Source: a virus (lineage: Duplodnaviria; Caudoviricetes). Taken from it: a stretch of DNA of 64,000 bases. Of the stretch, positions 40,305-48,939 are shown piece by piece (the first letter of the stretch is position 1; each line of letters begins with the position of its first letter). Position numbers and translations under genes: made by a program. The notes beneath the pieces are model-generated. The model did no database searches. It was not told the origin of the DNA and saw only the letters and a list, made by a program, of their open reading frames with translations. Where the stretch lies: positions 21,517-85,516 of IMG/VR virus record IMGVR_UViG_3300033074_001483; one strand, written 5' to 3'.

Positions 40305-40574
40305 TCAACGAATGTATTTTGCTTTCTTTATTCGCTCAACACATTCAAATCCATATTCGTCTTGCCACTTTGCCGAAGCCGCCCACATCGTTCTTACTTC
40401 TTCCAAAGTTGGTGGAGGCATTGCTCTCAACTTCGCCATTCGATCTTTCAACCATTGTGGTGCCCCAATAACCCATTCACCAAGTACCTTTGTCCATCGG
40501 TCTCGATGCTCACACTGGCAAAACCCCGGAATCAACCCGTGACATGTACCACATGTTTTCATGACATGCAACAA
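40305..40574 (-). CDS. Hypothetical protein
   Basis: 89 aa ORF with N-terminal CxxC. Confidence 0.45.
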   Translation of the reverse strand: MLHVMKTCGTCHGLIPGFCQCEHRDRWTKVLGEWVIGAPQWLKDRMAKLRAMPPPTLEEVRTMWAASAKWQDEYGFECVERIKKAKYIR

Positions 40575-40730
40575 ATAATTGCTGCCATCATCATTGCATC
40601 GTCAGAATCACGTCGGCGACGATCATCATCATCTTCATCTCGTTTGCGCTTACGCTCACATTCATCACATTCATTGCGATAGTTGAGATTTTTCACTTCT
40701 CGGTTGCATTTGTAGCACTTTTCATAAATC

Positions 40731-40809
40731 TGGTGCGCTTGACAGGACTCGAACCTGTGATGATAAGTTGCGTGTAAAGCAACCGCCGTCGCCGCTGGGC
40801 CACAAGCGC
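40731..40809 (-). tRNA. tRNA-Val(TAC)
   Basis: GTTGC-TTTACAC-GCAAC; CCA. Confidence 0.93.
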
Positions 40810-40898
40810 ATTGTCGGGTATAAATATGCCACAAACTTCCAAAAAAGTCAAGCTGTTTCAGGGTTTAGACCACTACTTATAGTAGAGATGGTCTAAAT

Positions 40899-41318
40899 AT
40901 GAAACAGCAAAGCAATTGTTTATCTTGTAATTCCCTTATTGAGTATGATGACGGAAATGAGTACGGTCATTTTTGCAACAACCGCTGTCAACAAGAGTAT
41001 CGGTATTTACACAATACGAAACCACGAATAGAAATGGGTAAGGTGTCCGAACGACATACCCTTAAAAGGTATCTAATTCGAGAGCGTGGAGAAAAATGTG
41101 TTATCTGTAACAATCTTCCTGTGTGGAATGGAATGCCCCTCTCATTGATTGTAGATCATATAGACGGAAATTCCGACAACCATTCCCCAATCAATCTTCG
41201 TTTAGTATGTCCTAACTGTAATTCTCAACTTCCAACTACAAAAAATAGGACAATGAAATCTGCGAAGCGAAACGTGTACCTGCGTAAGTATAAACAAACA
41301 CACGAGGTTAGAAACTAA
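40899..41318 (+). CDS. HNH homing endonuclease
   Basis: CVICN..LIVDHIDGNSDNH..NLRLVCPNCNSQ. Confidence 0.9.
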   Translation: MKQQSNCLSCNSLIEYDDGNEYGHFCNNRCQQEYRYLHNTKPRIEMGKVSERHTLKRYLIRERGEKCVICNNLPVWNGMPLSLIVDHIDGNSDNHSPINLRLVCPNCNSQLPTTKNRTMKSAKRNVYLRKYKQTHEVRN

Positions 41319-41321
41319 AAT

Positions 41322-41409
41322 TGGCGGTAGGCTGAGGTCACGCTCCCCACACCCTTTCAGGTGCGATCCGATTTCAAGTCGGTCCTGAGTCTCACTCAGT
41401 TAACCTACC
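41322..41409 (-). tRNA. tRNA-Ser(TGA)
   Basis: Loop CT-TGA-AA; long variable arm; acceptor and T arms nearly identical to tRNA-Ser(GCT); CCA. Confidence 0.88.
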
Positions 41410-41562
41410 GTTTATTTGGGTCAATACAGTAAACGTCAAACATTCTTCCGTTAGGAAGACGAAAACGTATCACTCGTTCTTTCGACTTCTCTTGTCTCCT
41501 AAACAGTGATTTGATCCATTTCATCATATCTGTCTATAAATATACCACGTTCCCGATAAAAG

Positions 41563-41991
41563 TCAAGGAGAAGTTCTCAACTCTTTTGGAGGAACTGGTT
41601 TATCGTTCTTGTTGGTAATTGTGAACCCACATTTCGCTTCTTTAATGTAGGCGGTTTCCGTTCCGTCGGGATAAATGAATGTATAGGCAGTGAAAATCTG
41701 GTTACTCAATACTAATCCATAAATCGGTATGCTGACGTAATTTGATACAGTTGATGGAACACAATTGTATTGGTCATACCCTGTGTATGGAGTAGAAGTA
41801 AAATTAGTCACCGCAACCGTTACACTATTGGTATATGTATTGGTTCTACTACCATAGTAAACACGAATGTATGCCGGAGGTTGCCCATCTTTGAGCGGAG
41901 CATTGTCAGGGTTCCATCTGAAAATAACCATTGCTGGATATGCTATGTAAATGGAGAGACATAGCACAAGCATCATGAATATCTTTTTCAT
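41563..41991 (-). CDS. Secreted FN3-like protein
   Basis: Signal peptide; FRWNP..YIRVYYG..YTNSVTV. Confidence 0.65.
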   Translation of the reverse strand: MKKIFMMLVLCLSIYIAYPAMVIFRWNPDNAPLKDGQPPAYIRVYYGSRTNTYTNSVTVAVTNFTSTPYTGYDQYNCVPSTVSNYVSIPIYGLVLSNQIFTAYTFIYPDGTETAYIKEAKCGFTITNKNDKPVPPKELRTSP

Positions 41992-42158
41992 TCATCTTTT
42001 TTGATTACTTCGTCCCGATAGTACCCGCACGGACACCACAGACGAATTGTGTTTTCTTTGTCAACTACCAAGTGTTCATCCCTTTTAGGGATTCGCCTAC
42101 GTAATGGACCATGACATTTTGGGCAATGGTCATTGTTGAGAAAATACTGTTGCTCCAT
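41988..42158 (-). CDS. Small zinc-ribbon protein
   Basis: CPKC..CPCG. Confidence 0.5.
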   Translation of the reverse strand: MEQQYFLNNDHCPKCHGPLRRRIPKRDEHLVVDKENTIRLWCPCGYYRDEVIKKDE

Positions 42159-42169
42159 ACCTATAAGTA

Positions 42170-42571
42170 TCAAGCAATTGCACTGTCTTTAGCGATAGTG
42201 CAATGAAAACATTTAGAATATCCCGGTGGGGGAATGGTAATGCGACTCTTTATAGAAAGACCAATCTCTTTACGAATGTCTTCCATCGTCACACACCACA
42301 GATTGAACCACCAAAATCCACCTTCGTATAGAATTGTGGGGTCATAAACAAAGGGAACTATTTCACCCTCATGCTTTCCCCAATTCTCAAGATTTGTTGG
42401 ATTATCTTCGGGACGAACTACAGTAACGTGTGCTTTCCACCGAGGGCGAACGACCCGAAGCGATTTCGGGATTAGAGAATAGTAATAGTCAGCGAGTTGT
42501 TGATTTACGCTGACGTTGCACCAATGCCCTTCGGCAGTGTCATAGTGAACTATTCCGTTGGATGAATACAT
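42170..42571 (-). CDS. 2H phosphoesterase-family protein
   Basis: Two HxT motifs (AHVTV, FHCTI) about 70 aa apart; start moved to the ATG after tRNA-Gln. Confidence 0.7.
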   Translation of the reverse strand: MYSSNGIVHYDTAEGHWCNVSVNQQLADYYYSLIPKSLRVVRPRWKAHVTVVRPEDNPTNLENWGKHEGEIVPFVYDPTILYEGGFWWFNLWCVTMEDIRKEIGLSIKSRITIPPPGYSKCFHCTIAKDSAIA

Positions 42572-42574
42572 GGA

Positions 42575-42648
42575 TGGTTCCCCGTCCACGATTTGAACGT
42601 GGACTAACAGATCCAAAGTCTGCTGTGCTACCGTTACACCAACGGGGA
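42575..42648 (-). tRNA. tRNA-Gln(TTG)
   Basis: GCAGA-CTTTGGA-TCTGT; CCA. Confidence 0.9.
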
Positions 42649-42654
42649 GTGATG

Positions 42655-42921
42655 TTACCCGTTATACGGAGAATCCTCTACCTGCATTTCTCTCACAACT
42701 GCCGCATGGCGATTGAACTTGAAAGATGCCTTATCTTGAACTACCTTTTGAATGTAAGTCAAAAAGCATCCTTCGCAGCAAAAGAAATAGGTTGTAGTAT
42801 CCGTCCGAGTGTTGTAACACTTGTCGCAGTGATGCGACTTGTTCAGTTCTACATGGACGCTAACGGAATCCAGACCGATGCTGGTTCCGTTGCAGTTGTC
42901 ACAATGTACTAATTGCATCAT
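42655..42921 (-). CDS. Small Cys-rich protein
   Basis: CDNC, CDKC, CCEGC motifs. Confidence 0.5.
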   Translation of the reverse strand: MMQLVHCDNCNGTSIGLDSVSVHVELNKSHHCDKCYNTRTDTTTYFFCCEGCFLTYIQKVVQDKASFKFNRHAAVVREMQVEDSPYNG

Positions 42922-42927
42922 AAAGTT

Positions 42928-43009
42928 TGGTGGGCGAGGCGGGAGTCGAACCCGCATTTGCATTCCAATTATGCACGTACTCTTTAGGAAAGAGTGCCAT
43001 TACACGCCC
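42928..43009 (-). tRNA. Atypical tRNA-Arg(CCT): no D-arm, D-like arm in the variable position
   Basis: ACTCT-TTCCTAA-AGAGT follows the acceptor via a 7-nt linker; canonical T arm; CCA. Confidence 0.75.
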
Positions 43010-43016
43010 ACTTGTT

Positions 43017-43583
43017 TTAGTAACGATTGCGGCGAGGGTAACTCGGTTCCGCATCAGTCACTACTTCTTTCTCCTTTTTCGTTTCCTTCACCGTGAACTT
43101 ACCCACTGCACGATTAGAAATGTTCTGATAGACGTTGGCAAGAGCCTCGTAAATCATGTTGAAGAAATCACCCGTCAGAGTCCAGAACAAATCCCAAGGC
43201 CAGAAAGCGATCCATCCAGTAATGAGTGCTTTGTGTTCAGAAGCAGAAACCTCACGTTTCAACTCATGGAGTTGAGATTCGGTTAGAGAATCCCCATACT
43301 TTTCACGGTAATATGCTGCTTTTTTGTTGACACGTCTGAACCACTGGAATGTTGACCAGATAGCACCGGCAACGGCGAATCCGCCTACAATTAGAGCCAA
43401 AACAGCCCACGGAACGGCGACGAGAGCTTTCCAGTAAATGATTGCCAAGAGAATGGCGATGATAGAAGGTGTTGGATAATGCTCGTTTTCAACGCAAGCG
43501 ATAATGATAACGCTGGCAACGGCAACGATTAACCAGAACCAAAAGGTTCCGACAGCAAGTGCGGCGAGTAATGTTTCAATCAT
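43017..43583 (-). CDS. Membrane protein
   Basis: Several TM helices. Confidence 0.6.
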   Translation of the reverse strand: MIETLLAALAVGTFWFWLIVAVASVIIIACVENEHYPTPSIIAILLAIIYWKALVAVPWAVLALIVGGFAVAGAIWSTFQWFRRVNKKAAYYREKYGDSLTESQLHELKREVSASEHKALITGWIAFWPWDLFWTLTGDFFNMIYEALANVYQNISNRAVGKFTVKETKKEKEVVTDAEPSYPRRNRY

Positions 43584-43627
43584 AGGACGCCATTATAGCA
43601 TACCTACGAATGAAGTCAAGTAGAAAA

Positions 43628-43709
43628 TGGCAGCCACGGAGGGAGTTGAACCCTCATTTTCATTCCAATTATGCACATCCTGCTTAGAAGGCAGAGCCAT
43701 TACGTGGCC
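43628..43709 (-). tRNA. Atypical tRNA-Arg(TCT): no D-arm, D-like arm in the variable position
   Basis: TCTGC-CTTCTAA-GCAGG; same architecture as 42928..43009. Confidence 0.75.
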
Positions 43710-44071
43710 ATTTTTGTTACAGGAAGATAGGAAGTAATCATCCATCCCTTCTTCCATTTGACAGTACCATTGGGTTCGCCAAAAATACCATCGTAAATCT
43801 TATCTCCATCTACCACAACCCAATGCCAACCACTTTTCCGTTTGGGGTCGCTTAGATGACCAATGCCAAGTGGAGGGCGGGGTATTTTCTGACATCTATC
43901 GGGGCAATCAAATCCCAATGCTCGCAAACCACGAGCAAGGTCTTTGGTAGTGGTGCTGCCTTTCTTTCCAATTGCAGTCTCGGCAACAGAAAGAGAAACA
44001 TCGGCGATGACTGCTACAGCAATGACACCGCAGTTTTTCTTGTTAGGTAACTGTCTGATCCATTTTCTCAT
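43700..44071 (-). CDS. Papain-like (C39-like) peptidase domain protein
   Basis: NCGVIAVA..HWVVVDG..IYDG motif; last codons overlap the tRNA-Arg(TCT) 5' end. Confidence 0.6.
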   Translation of the reverse strand: MRKWIRQLPNKKNCGVIAVAVIADVSLSVAETAIGKKGSTTTKDLARGLRALGFDCPDRCQKIPRPPLGIGHLSDPKRKSGWHWVVVDGDKIYDGIFGEPNGTVKWKKGWMITSYLPVTKMAT

Positions 44072-44571
44072 TTTCGATTCCTTTCACTATTTCTTCCAGA
44101 AAAAGTTGGAGTTTGAGAATTGCAGTTGGGACAAATAAAGCGTAGATTACTTAGCCGGTGATCAGAATGTTTTCCATTGATATGATCTAAAACAAAAGTC
44201 AGTGGCATCCCATTCCATTCTGACGTTTGCTTACAAATGGAACACGCTGCACACGAAATTAGACCCCACTTCAAGATCAATCTTCGCAACGTAGAGTTGT
44301 CTTTGATTACACCATTATTGATAGCATCAACGATGTTTTCTTGTGTATATTTTCTTACGAAGCGGCGACCTTTGTTGCTATTAAGTCCAGTCTTAATGTG
44401 GGCAATATCAATACCATCTTCACGAATGCGTTTTTTGAGGGTATTGTAATTTCCGGCTTCAGCTTCAAGTCCAAAACTTCGGATGATTTGGGCGAGGGAC
44501 GAATGTTGGCGGCAAAGTGCATAAAAGTCATCTTTCGATAACTTCCATATTGGCGATGTTCTATTTCTCAT
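44068..44571 (-). CDS. HNH homing endonuclease
   Basis: CSIC..FVLDHINGKHSDHRLSNLRFICPNCNSQT. Confidence 0.9.
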   Translation of the reverse strand: MRNRTSPIWKLSKDDFYALCRQHSSLAQIIRSFGLEAEAGNYNTLKKRIREDGIDIAHIKTGLNSNKGRRFVRKYTQENIVDAINNGVIKDNSTLRRLILKWGLISCAACSICKQTSEWNGMPLTFVLDHINGKHSDHRLSNLRFICPNCNSQTPTFSGRNSERNRK

Positions 44572-44628
44572 ACCAATAAATAGCAATAAGGATAGGATTA
44601 TTCACAAGAAAATAATGTCCTATCAAAA

Positions 44629-44707
44629 TGGTATCGGTAGGGGGATTTGAACCCACCAAGTCTTCTGCGTGAAAGGCAGATGTGTTAGCCAATTACACCA
44701 TACCGAC
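44629..44707 (-). tRNA. tRNA-Glu(TTC)
   Basis: TCTGC-CTTTCAC-GCAGA; CCA. Confidence 0.92.
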
Positions 44708-44712
44708 ATAGT

Positions 44713-44763
44713 TGCCTGCCTACAGGCTTAACGGTCTTGTTGTAGCCTACTACAATAGCGGTC
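44713..44763 (-). repeat. GTAGGC double-hairpin element, copy 1
   Basis: Near-identical to 53456..53506 with compensatory stem changes. Confidence 0.75.
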
Positions 44764-44775
44764 TTAAAGCAAGAA

Positions 44776-44943
44776 CTATTTCTGCAACACACGAAGAACG
44801 AGTTTCGCTTTCTTCAACTTTTGTTCAGTCTTCTCGTACTCTTCTTGTGAGACATTCTTCTTGAAATTCGCACTGCGAAGACGATTCTCAAGGAACTTGA
44901 TGTAGTCCTCTTCGTGCTTAATGCGCTTTTCATTTGTTGTCAT
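44776..44943 (-). CDS. Small coiled-coil protein
   Basis: Hand translation MTTNEKRIKHEEDYIKFLENRL (55 aa). Confidence 0.5.
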   Translation of the reverse strand: MTTNEKRIKHEEDYIKFLENRLRSANFKKNVSQEEYEKTEQKLKKAKLVLRVLQK

Positions 44944-44947
44944 AAAT

Positions 44948-45032
44948 TGGTGCTACTGGTCCGATTCGAACGGGCAAAGGATACTTGGTCCTAAGCCAAG
45001 CGGTTGTGCCAGCTTCCCTTATCCACAGTAGC
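44948..45032 (-). tRNA. tRNA-Leu(TAG), enlarged D-loop, short variable region
   Basis: CTTGG-CTTAGGA-CCAAG; CCA. Confidence 0.85.
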
Positions 45033-45192
45033 AAAAGTATATGTAGTGAATCGTCTTTTTATTGTCTCGGCTCATTAGGCCGGTGTGGACAGACGGCGTT
45101 ATGGTTTTGAGTGGGAACGCCGTTACTCTGCTCACTCCACGATTACCGTAGCCACGCACGCATAGTGCCTTGTTAGGCCACTACATACAAAT

Positions 45193-45267
45193 TGGTCAGG
45201 ATGGAGAGATTTGAACTCTCGGTCTCTTGCTCCCGAAGCAAGCGTGTTGCCGCTACACTACACCCTG
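45193..45267 (-). tRNA. tRNA-Pro(CGG)
   Basis: CTTGC-TTCGGGA-GCAAG; CCA. Confidence 0.93.
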
Positions 45268-45477
45268 AAAAATGTCATGGGTTGAGGGCAATCTCTCGCC
45301 GACAGTCATGACTATCATCAACCTACGTGAGTCTTAAGCCTCGTAGGACAGCTACTGCGTATCACCCTATCGTCAAATGCCGATCAAGCACATATTTTCA
45401 GGTGAAGTTTTACGACACTCAACCCATAACGTACATATCGTAGCACATCATGAGAAGAATGTCAAGTAGGAAGAAAT

Positions 45478-45553
45478 TGGTGGCCCCGTGGGGACTTGAA
45501 CCCCAAACCTTGTGATTAAGAGTCACCTGCTCTACCAATTGAGCTACAAGGCC
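45478..45553 (-). tRNA. tRNA-Lys(CTT)
   Basis: Loop CT-CTT-AA; CCA. Confidence 0.95.
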
Positions 45554-45757
45554 AGAAATACCGCACTACTCTGGATGGGGAGAGCGTGTGCGGAGCAATT
45601 TCCCCTTGCCGGGGTTAATATGTTACCCATCTGTTAACCGATACGGAGTGGAGCCTGTCGGTGTCCAATTCTTCAATCCACCATTAGCAACATGATTCAC
45701 ATGCTTTGTTGTCGGCCCCTCAGTGTATAGACAACTCTCACCCGAGGGGAATCTGTT

Positions 45758-46012
45758 TCACTTGGCATCTGGTAAAGATGACTCAAGGTTAAACTCGTAC
45801 TGCCCGTTCGCCTCTTTCGGAGCGAACGGTCTCAACATTGCCGACAACTCTTTCGGGAAGTCGAAATAGAAACAGAGAGAGTCACTCCCAACATAAACAT
45901 TGGGTCCGAGTTGCCGTTTGACTGCTTTATCAAACGCTCGCATGTTCTCAAAATCTGCTTCTGTAAATGTCAATTGCAGTTTCATAAAAAGAGTCGCTTT
46001 TCTAACCTCCAT
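45758..46012 (-). CDS. Hypothetical protein
   Basis: 84 aa ORF. Confidence 0.45.
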   Translation of the reverse strand: MEVRKATLFMKLQLTFTEADFENMRAFDKAVKRQLGPNVYVGSDSLCFYFDFPKELSAMLRPFAPKEANGQYEFNLESSLPDAK

Positions 46013-46147
46013 GAGCCAGATATTCCTCTATGAGCGGCGGTCCCAAGGGGGTCGGGACTTGTGCCTCTGGTTCAGCGTCCGATTAGGAGGCTTTGTATGT
46101 CCGTAGAGTATCACATCTACGGAATTTGTCAAGAAGAAATAGAATAA

Positions 46148-46386
46148 GGGGAGGATTTCACGGGCGTTCCATTGTCTCCAGCGTGCTGCCATTGACACTA
46201 CCGCCCCATAAGCGGGGCAGGTGGGACTCGAACCCACACTTCACGGATTACTGTCTATCTCCATCAGAGGATTATCACTTGGAAACACGTCTGTTTCAAC
46301 CTTGTTCCACCCACACATGGCCTTGCGGAGTTTGAATCCGGTTCTTCGGCGTAGAGGCCGACATTTTACCACATAAACTATCGGGC
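46148..46386 (-). pseudogene. Three degenerate tRNA-like sequences (46148-46207, 46212-46316, 46318-46386)
   Basis: Recognisable D or T arms but broken acceptor or anticodon arms; the last has a 6-nt loop CTCTAC. Confidence 0.55.
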
Positions 46387-46419
46387 GGGGTGTCTATCTC
46401 TGACTTTACCTATTCAAAT

Positions 46420-46497
46420 TGGCGGGATGCACGAGATTCGAACTCGCAAGTCTTCTCCGTGACAGGGAGATATGTTAGCCAATTACACCAGCACCCC
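46420..46497 (-). tRNA. tRNA-Asp(GTC)
   Basis: TCTCC-CTGTCAC-GGAGA; G73; CCA. Confidence 0.95.
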
Positions 46498-46502
46498 AAA
46501 AT

Positions 46503-46580
46503 TGGTCAGGATAGGCAGATTTGAACTGCCGGTCTCAAGTCCCCCAGACTTGCGTGTTGGCCAGACTACACTATACCCTG
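46503..46580 (-). tRNA. tRNA-Pro(GGG)
   Basis: CAAGT/ACTTG stem with CT-GGG loop; C1:G72; CCA. Confidence 0.85.
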
Positions 46581-46608
46581 ATATTTACACGGGTGTCAAT
46601 TCCGTGTA

Positions 46609-47049
46609 TTATGAAATTCTGTTTTTGTACCAATGATTATTCTTAGCAAACTCTCGTTTGATATGGCAGTGGGCACATAAAAGATCACATTTCGCAATCT
46701 CTTTCAATATGCGTTTCCAACCGAATATCGTTAGCATTGTTGAAACATCATAATCCTTTTCGTTGGGATCACGATGATGAAATTGAAACAAGCGGATGTC
46801 GGTCTCGGGACAATCTTTACAAGTCTTACCTTGTAAAAACTGAATCATATTTTCCCGATTTCTATCACGCTGAATGCGTTTATTTTTGTAAGCTCTTTTT
46901 AACGCATCTTTTCTATGTTTTTTGTAATGTTTTCTGCTGTAAGAATCGTGGCATTCTTTACATTTGCTTTGCAAGATTCCCATTGCTTTGTTACGGAATG
47001 AGAAATGCGACTCGTCTTTTGGATTATGACATGCACTACATATTTTCAT
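46609..47049 (-). CDS. HNH homing endonuclease
   Basis: CKDCPE.DIRLFQFHH..EIAKCDLLCAHCH; paralog of 31414, 32676 and 49019. Confidence 0.88.
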   Translation of the reverse strand: MKICSACHNPKDESHFSFRNKAMGILQSKCKECHDSYSRKHYKKHRKDALKRAYKNKRIQRDRNRENMIQFLQGKTCKDCPETDIRLFQFHHRDPNEKDYDVSTMLTIFGWKRILKEIAKCDLLCAHCHIKREFAKNNHWYKNRIS

Positions 47050-47103
47050 GGTAATACATATCGTCGGAGGACTTGAAACTACGGAAAAGTTTCAAGTCAA
47101 AGA

Positions 47104-47181
47104 TGGTCTGTGGGGTGAGATTTGAACTCACATTTTTCTTGGCTCCAGACCAAGTACCATCCCAAGTTAGGCGACCCACAG
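47104..47181 (-). tRNA. tRNA-Pro(TGG), atypical C33/A37
   Basis: CTTGG-TCTGGAG-CCAAG; C1:G72, A73; CCA. Confidence 0.8.
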
Positions 47182-47193
47182 AGTTTGTTGTTT

Positions 47194-47364
47194 TTACTTA
47201 CTATACACTACCGAACGTGCTTTACGTGCGAGCAGTGCCTTTTCCTCGTTGGAAAGTCTCCGACCAGATTTCTTGATCTTCTCAACTTCCTTCAGGAAGT
47301 CCTCAGTTGCTTGCTGGTTTCCAAGTCCTAGATGATACTGGACCAGCTTTTCGTTTTCATTCAT
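47194..47364 (-). CDS. Small hypothetical protein
   Basis: Hand translation MNENEKLVQYHLGLGNQQATEDFL (56 aa). Confidence 0.5.
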   Translation of the reverse strand: MNENEKLVQYHLGLGNQQATEDFLKEVEKIKKSGRRLSNEEKALLARKARSVVYSK

Positions 47365-47367
47365 ATT

Positions 47368-47502
47368 TGGAGCCGTGCGATGGACTTGGCACCATCAGTT
47401 CATCTGGCATTATTCATCGCAGGGCAATCACCCCGCTAACTTCTCCGTTCAGGGAGACTCTTTGCTTTTCAAGAGACGTGTTCTACATTGAACTAGCACG
47501 GC
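47368..47502 (-). ncRNA. Oversized tRNA-like RNA (135 nt)
   Basis: 7-bp acceptor GCCGTGC/GCACGGC + TCCA, D arm, T-like arm, ~60-nt multi-hairpin insert. Confidence 0.75.
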
Positions 47503-47603
47503 ATAAAGTCTGCTTTATCGGACATTATCCCACATAACGTCAGACAAATAAGGCTTCATATATGATACGTTATGCCTTATTACGTATCATACATGTTACA
47601 TTG

Positions 47604-47713
47604 TGGTCGCACCGATAGGATTTGCACCTAACTTTTCCAAACTCCTTGTAAGGCGTTGGTTACTTGCAGATACCTCCGGGGTACGCCTCGGCCCTACTGC
47701 CAACTACAGTGCG
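47604..47713 (-). ncRNA. Oversized tRNA-like RNA (110 nt)
   Basis: 7-bp acceptor + ACCA, T arm TGCAAAT loop, 7-bp GAGGCGT/ACGCCTT stem with large loop instead of an anticodon. Confidence 0.7.
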
Positions 47714-47818
47714 ATAAATGACTTTTGATAACATATTTATACACATATGCCATCTGACCATCTGTGGTTTCATCTAATGGAAAGCGTCTCCTTCCCTTCT
47801 GAGGAATAACTTATTGTT

Positions 47819-48736
47819 ATGAAATCCGTGATGGACGGAAAAAATCTTGCGGATGCTGCCAAAGACCTCTCTATTTCTACCAAAGAGGCGAAAGAACTTC
47901 TCAAATCTGGAATGCAACGTGCCAACCTTCAAAATCTCTACGAACTAATCATATTTGGACTGAGAAGTGGTATTATCAAAGATGACCCCATTGACATTAA
48001 AGATGTAGAAAAACAATTTGAAACTCCCGGGTTTTACGAGGCTAACCCAACTTGGTTGCACATTATGAATCAACTTGTCACTGGCAAAACTCTTCAAGAC
48101 ATTGAGCGTGAAGGTGGTGGTGCAAAAACAAGCATTCAGAACGCAATCAAAAAACTTTCAGGAAAGTTTGGACTTGGGGATTCGATGGCAAAACTCATTC
48201 GTTTTTCTTTGGCAGCTTTGAATCCCATCACTCCAAACCCCCGTGTTCGTGGATTCAAACCATTTGTTTCATGGGCACAAAAACAAGGAGTTGGTTCTCA
48301 ATTTCCATTGATAAAAAGTAAGTTTCGTTCTGCCGATGTTGACCCAGAGATTCCCGTTTACAATGCATCCAAAAAATACAATGTTGGTGACACGGGTGAT
48401 AAACCCAAACTTCCAAAACCAGCAATGTCTTTTGCTGATAGGAAAAAACTTCCACCACCAATTGTAAGAAATACTTCCATTCAAACCGCATTGTGGTTAT
48501 TGGGTATAGATAAAAAAGTCATTACTCCTACCGCACTTCAAGGATCGTTTTGGAACAGACCCTCTTCTTTCTTATGGAAGCTTCTGGAACTTGCCAAGAG
48601 ACGATATGAACTTGAAATGTTGCATAATCATCCTGACAGAGGCGGCGACTCACGACGAGCGGCACAAATTAGTGCTGCTTGGGAATTAGTGAGACACTTG
48701 TTCGCCAAGCACGGATACGAACTTCACAAGCGGTAA
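47819..48736 (+). CDS. Tandem LuxR-type HTH protein with C-terminal J-domain-like HPD motif
   Basis: GKNLADAAKDLSIST.. and GKTLQDI.. HTHs; RYELEMLHNHPDRGGD..ISAAWE. Confidence 0.65.
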   Translation: MKSVMDGKNLADAAKDLSISTKEAKELLKSGMQRANLQNLYELIIFGLRSGIIKDDPIDIKDVEKQFETPGFYEANPTWLHIMNQLVTGKTLQDIEREGGGAKTSIQNAIKKLSGKFGLGDSMAKLIRFSLAALNPITPNPRVRGFKPFVSWAQKQGVGSQFPLIKSKFRSADVDPEIPVYNASKKYNVGDTGDKPKLPKPAMSFADRKKLPPPIVRNTSIQTALWLLGIDKKVITPTALQGSFWNRPSSFLWKLLELAKRRYELEMLHNHPDRGGDSRRAAQISAAWELVRHLFAKHGYELHKR

Positions 48737-48738
48737 AT

Positions 48739-48822
48739 TGGTGCTACTGATAGGAGTCGAACCTACATGGTGTTACCCGCTTGCCCCTCAAGCAAGTGTG
48801 TCTGCCATTCCACCACAGTAGC
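48739..48822 (-). tRNA. tRNA-Leu(GAG)
   Basis: CTTGC-TTGAGGG-GCAAG; normal type II; CCA. Confidence 0.93.
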
Positions 48823-48828
48823 ATAAAT

Positions 48829-48933
48829 TGGCGAGATGCCGAACCCTTTCGGGCTTGCCGGGGTTTGAACCCAGCTCACTGTTCATTTTCAATATGAATG
48901 TTTTTCCTTTTGGGATTTGCTGCAAGCATCTCG
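48829..48933 (-). ncRNA. RCAGCWA-helix family RNA with anticodon-like and T arms, CCA end
   Basis: CGAGATGC/GCATCTCG + CCA; GCAGCAA; TTCAT/ATGAA arm; T arm TTCAAAC loop; GAAA hairpin. Confidence 0.75.
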
Positions 48934-48939
48934 TAAATT

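Noticed and set aside
40559-40834. ORF running through tRNA-Val(TAC)
   Set aside because: The N-terminus is tRNA sequence; the C-terminal Cys/acidic part looks coding but has no clear start codon, so it was not called.
44828-44842. Sarcin-ricin-loop-like AGTACGAGA
   Set aside because: Short match inside a small ORF (EEYEK) with no flanking helix; chance.
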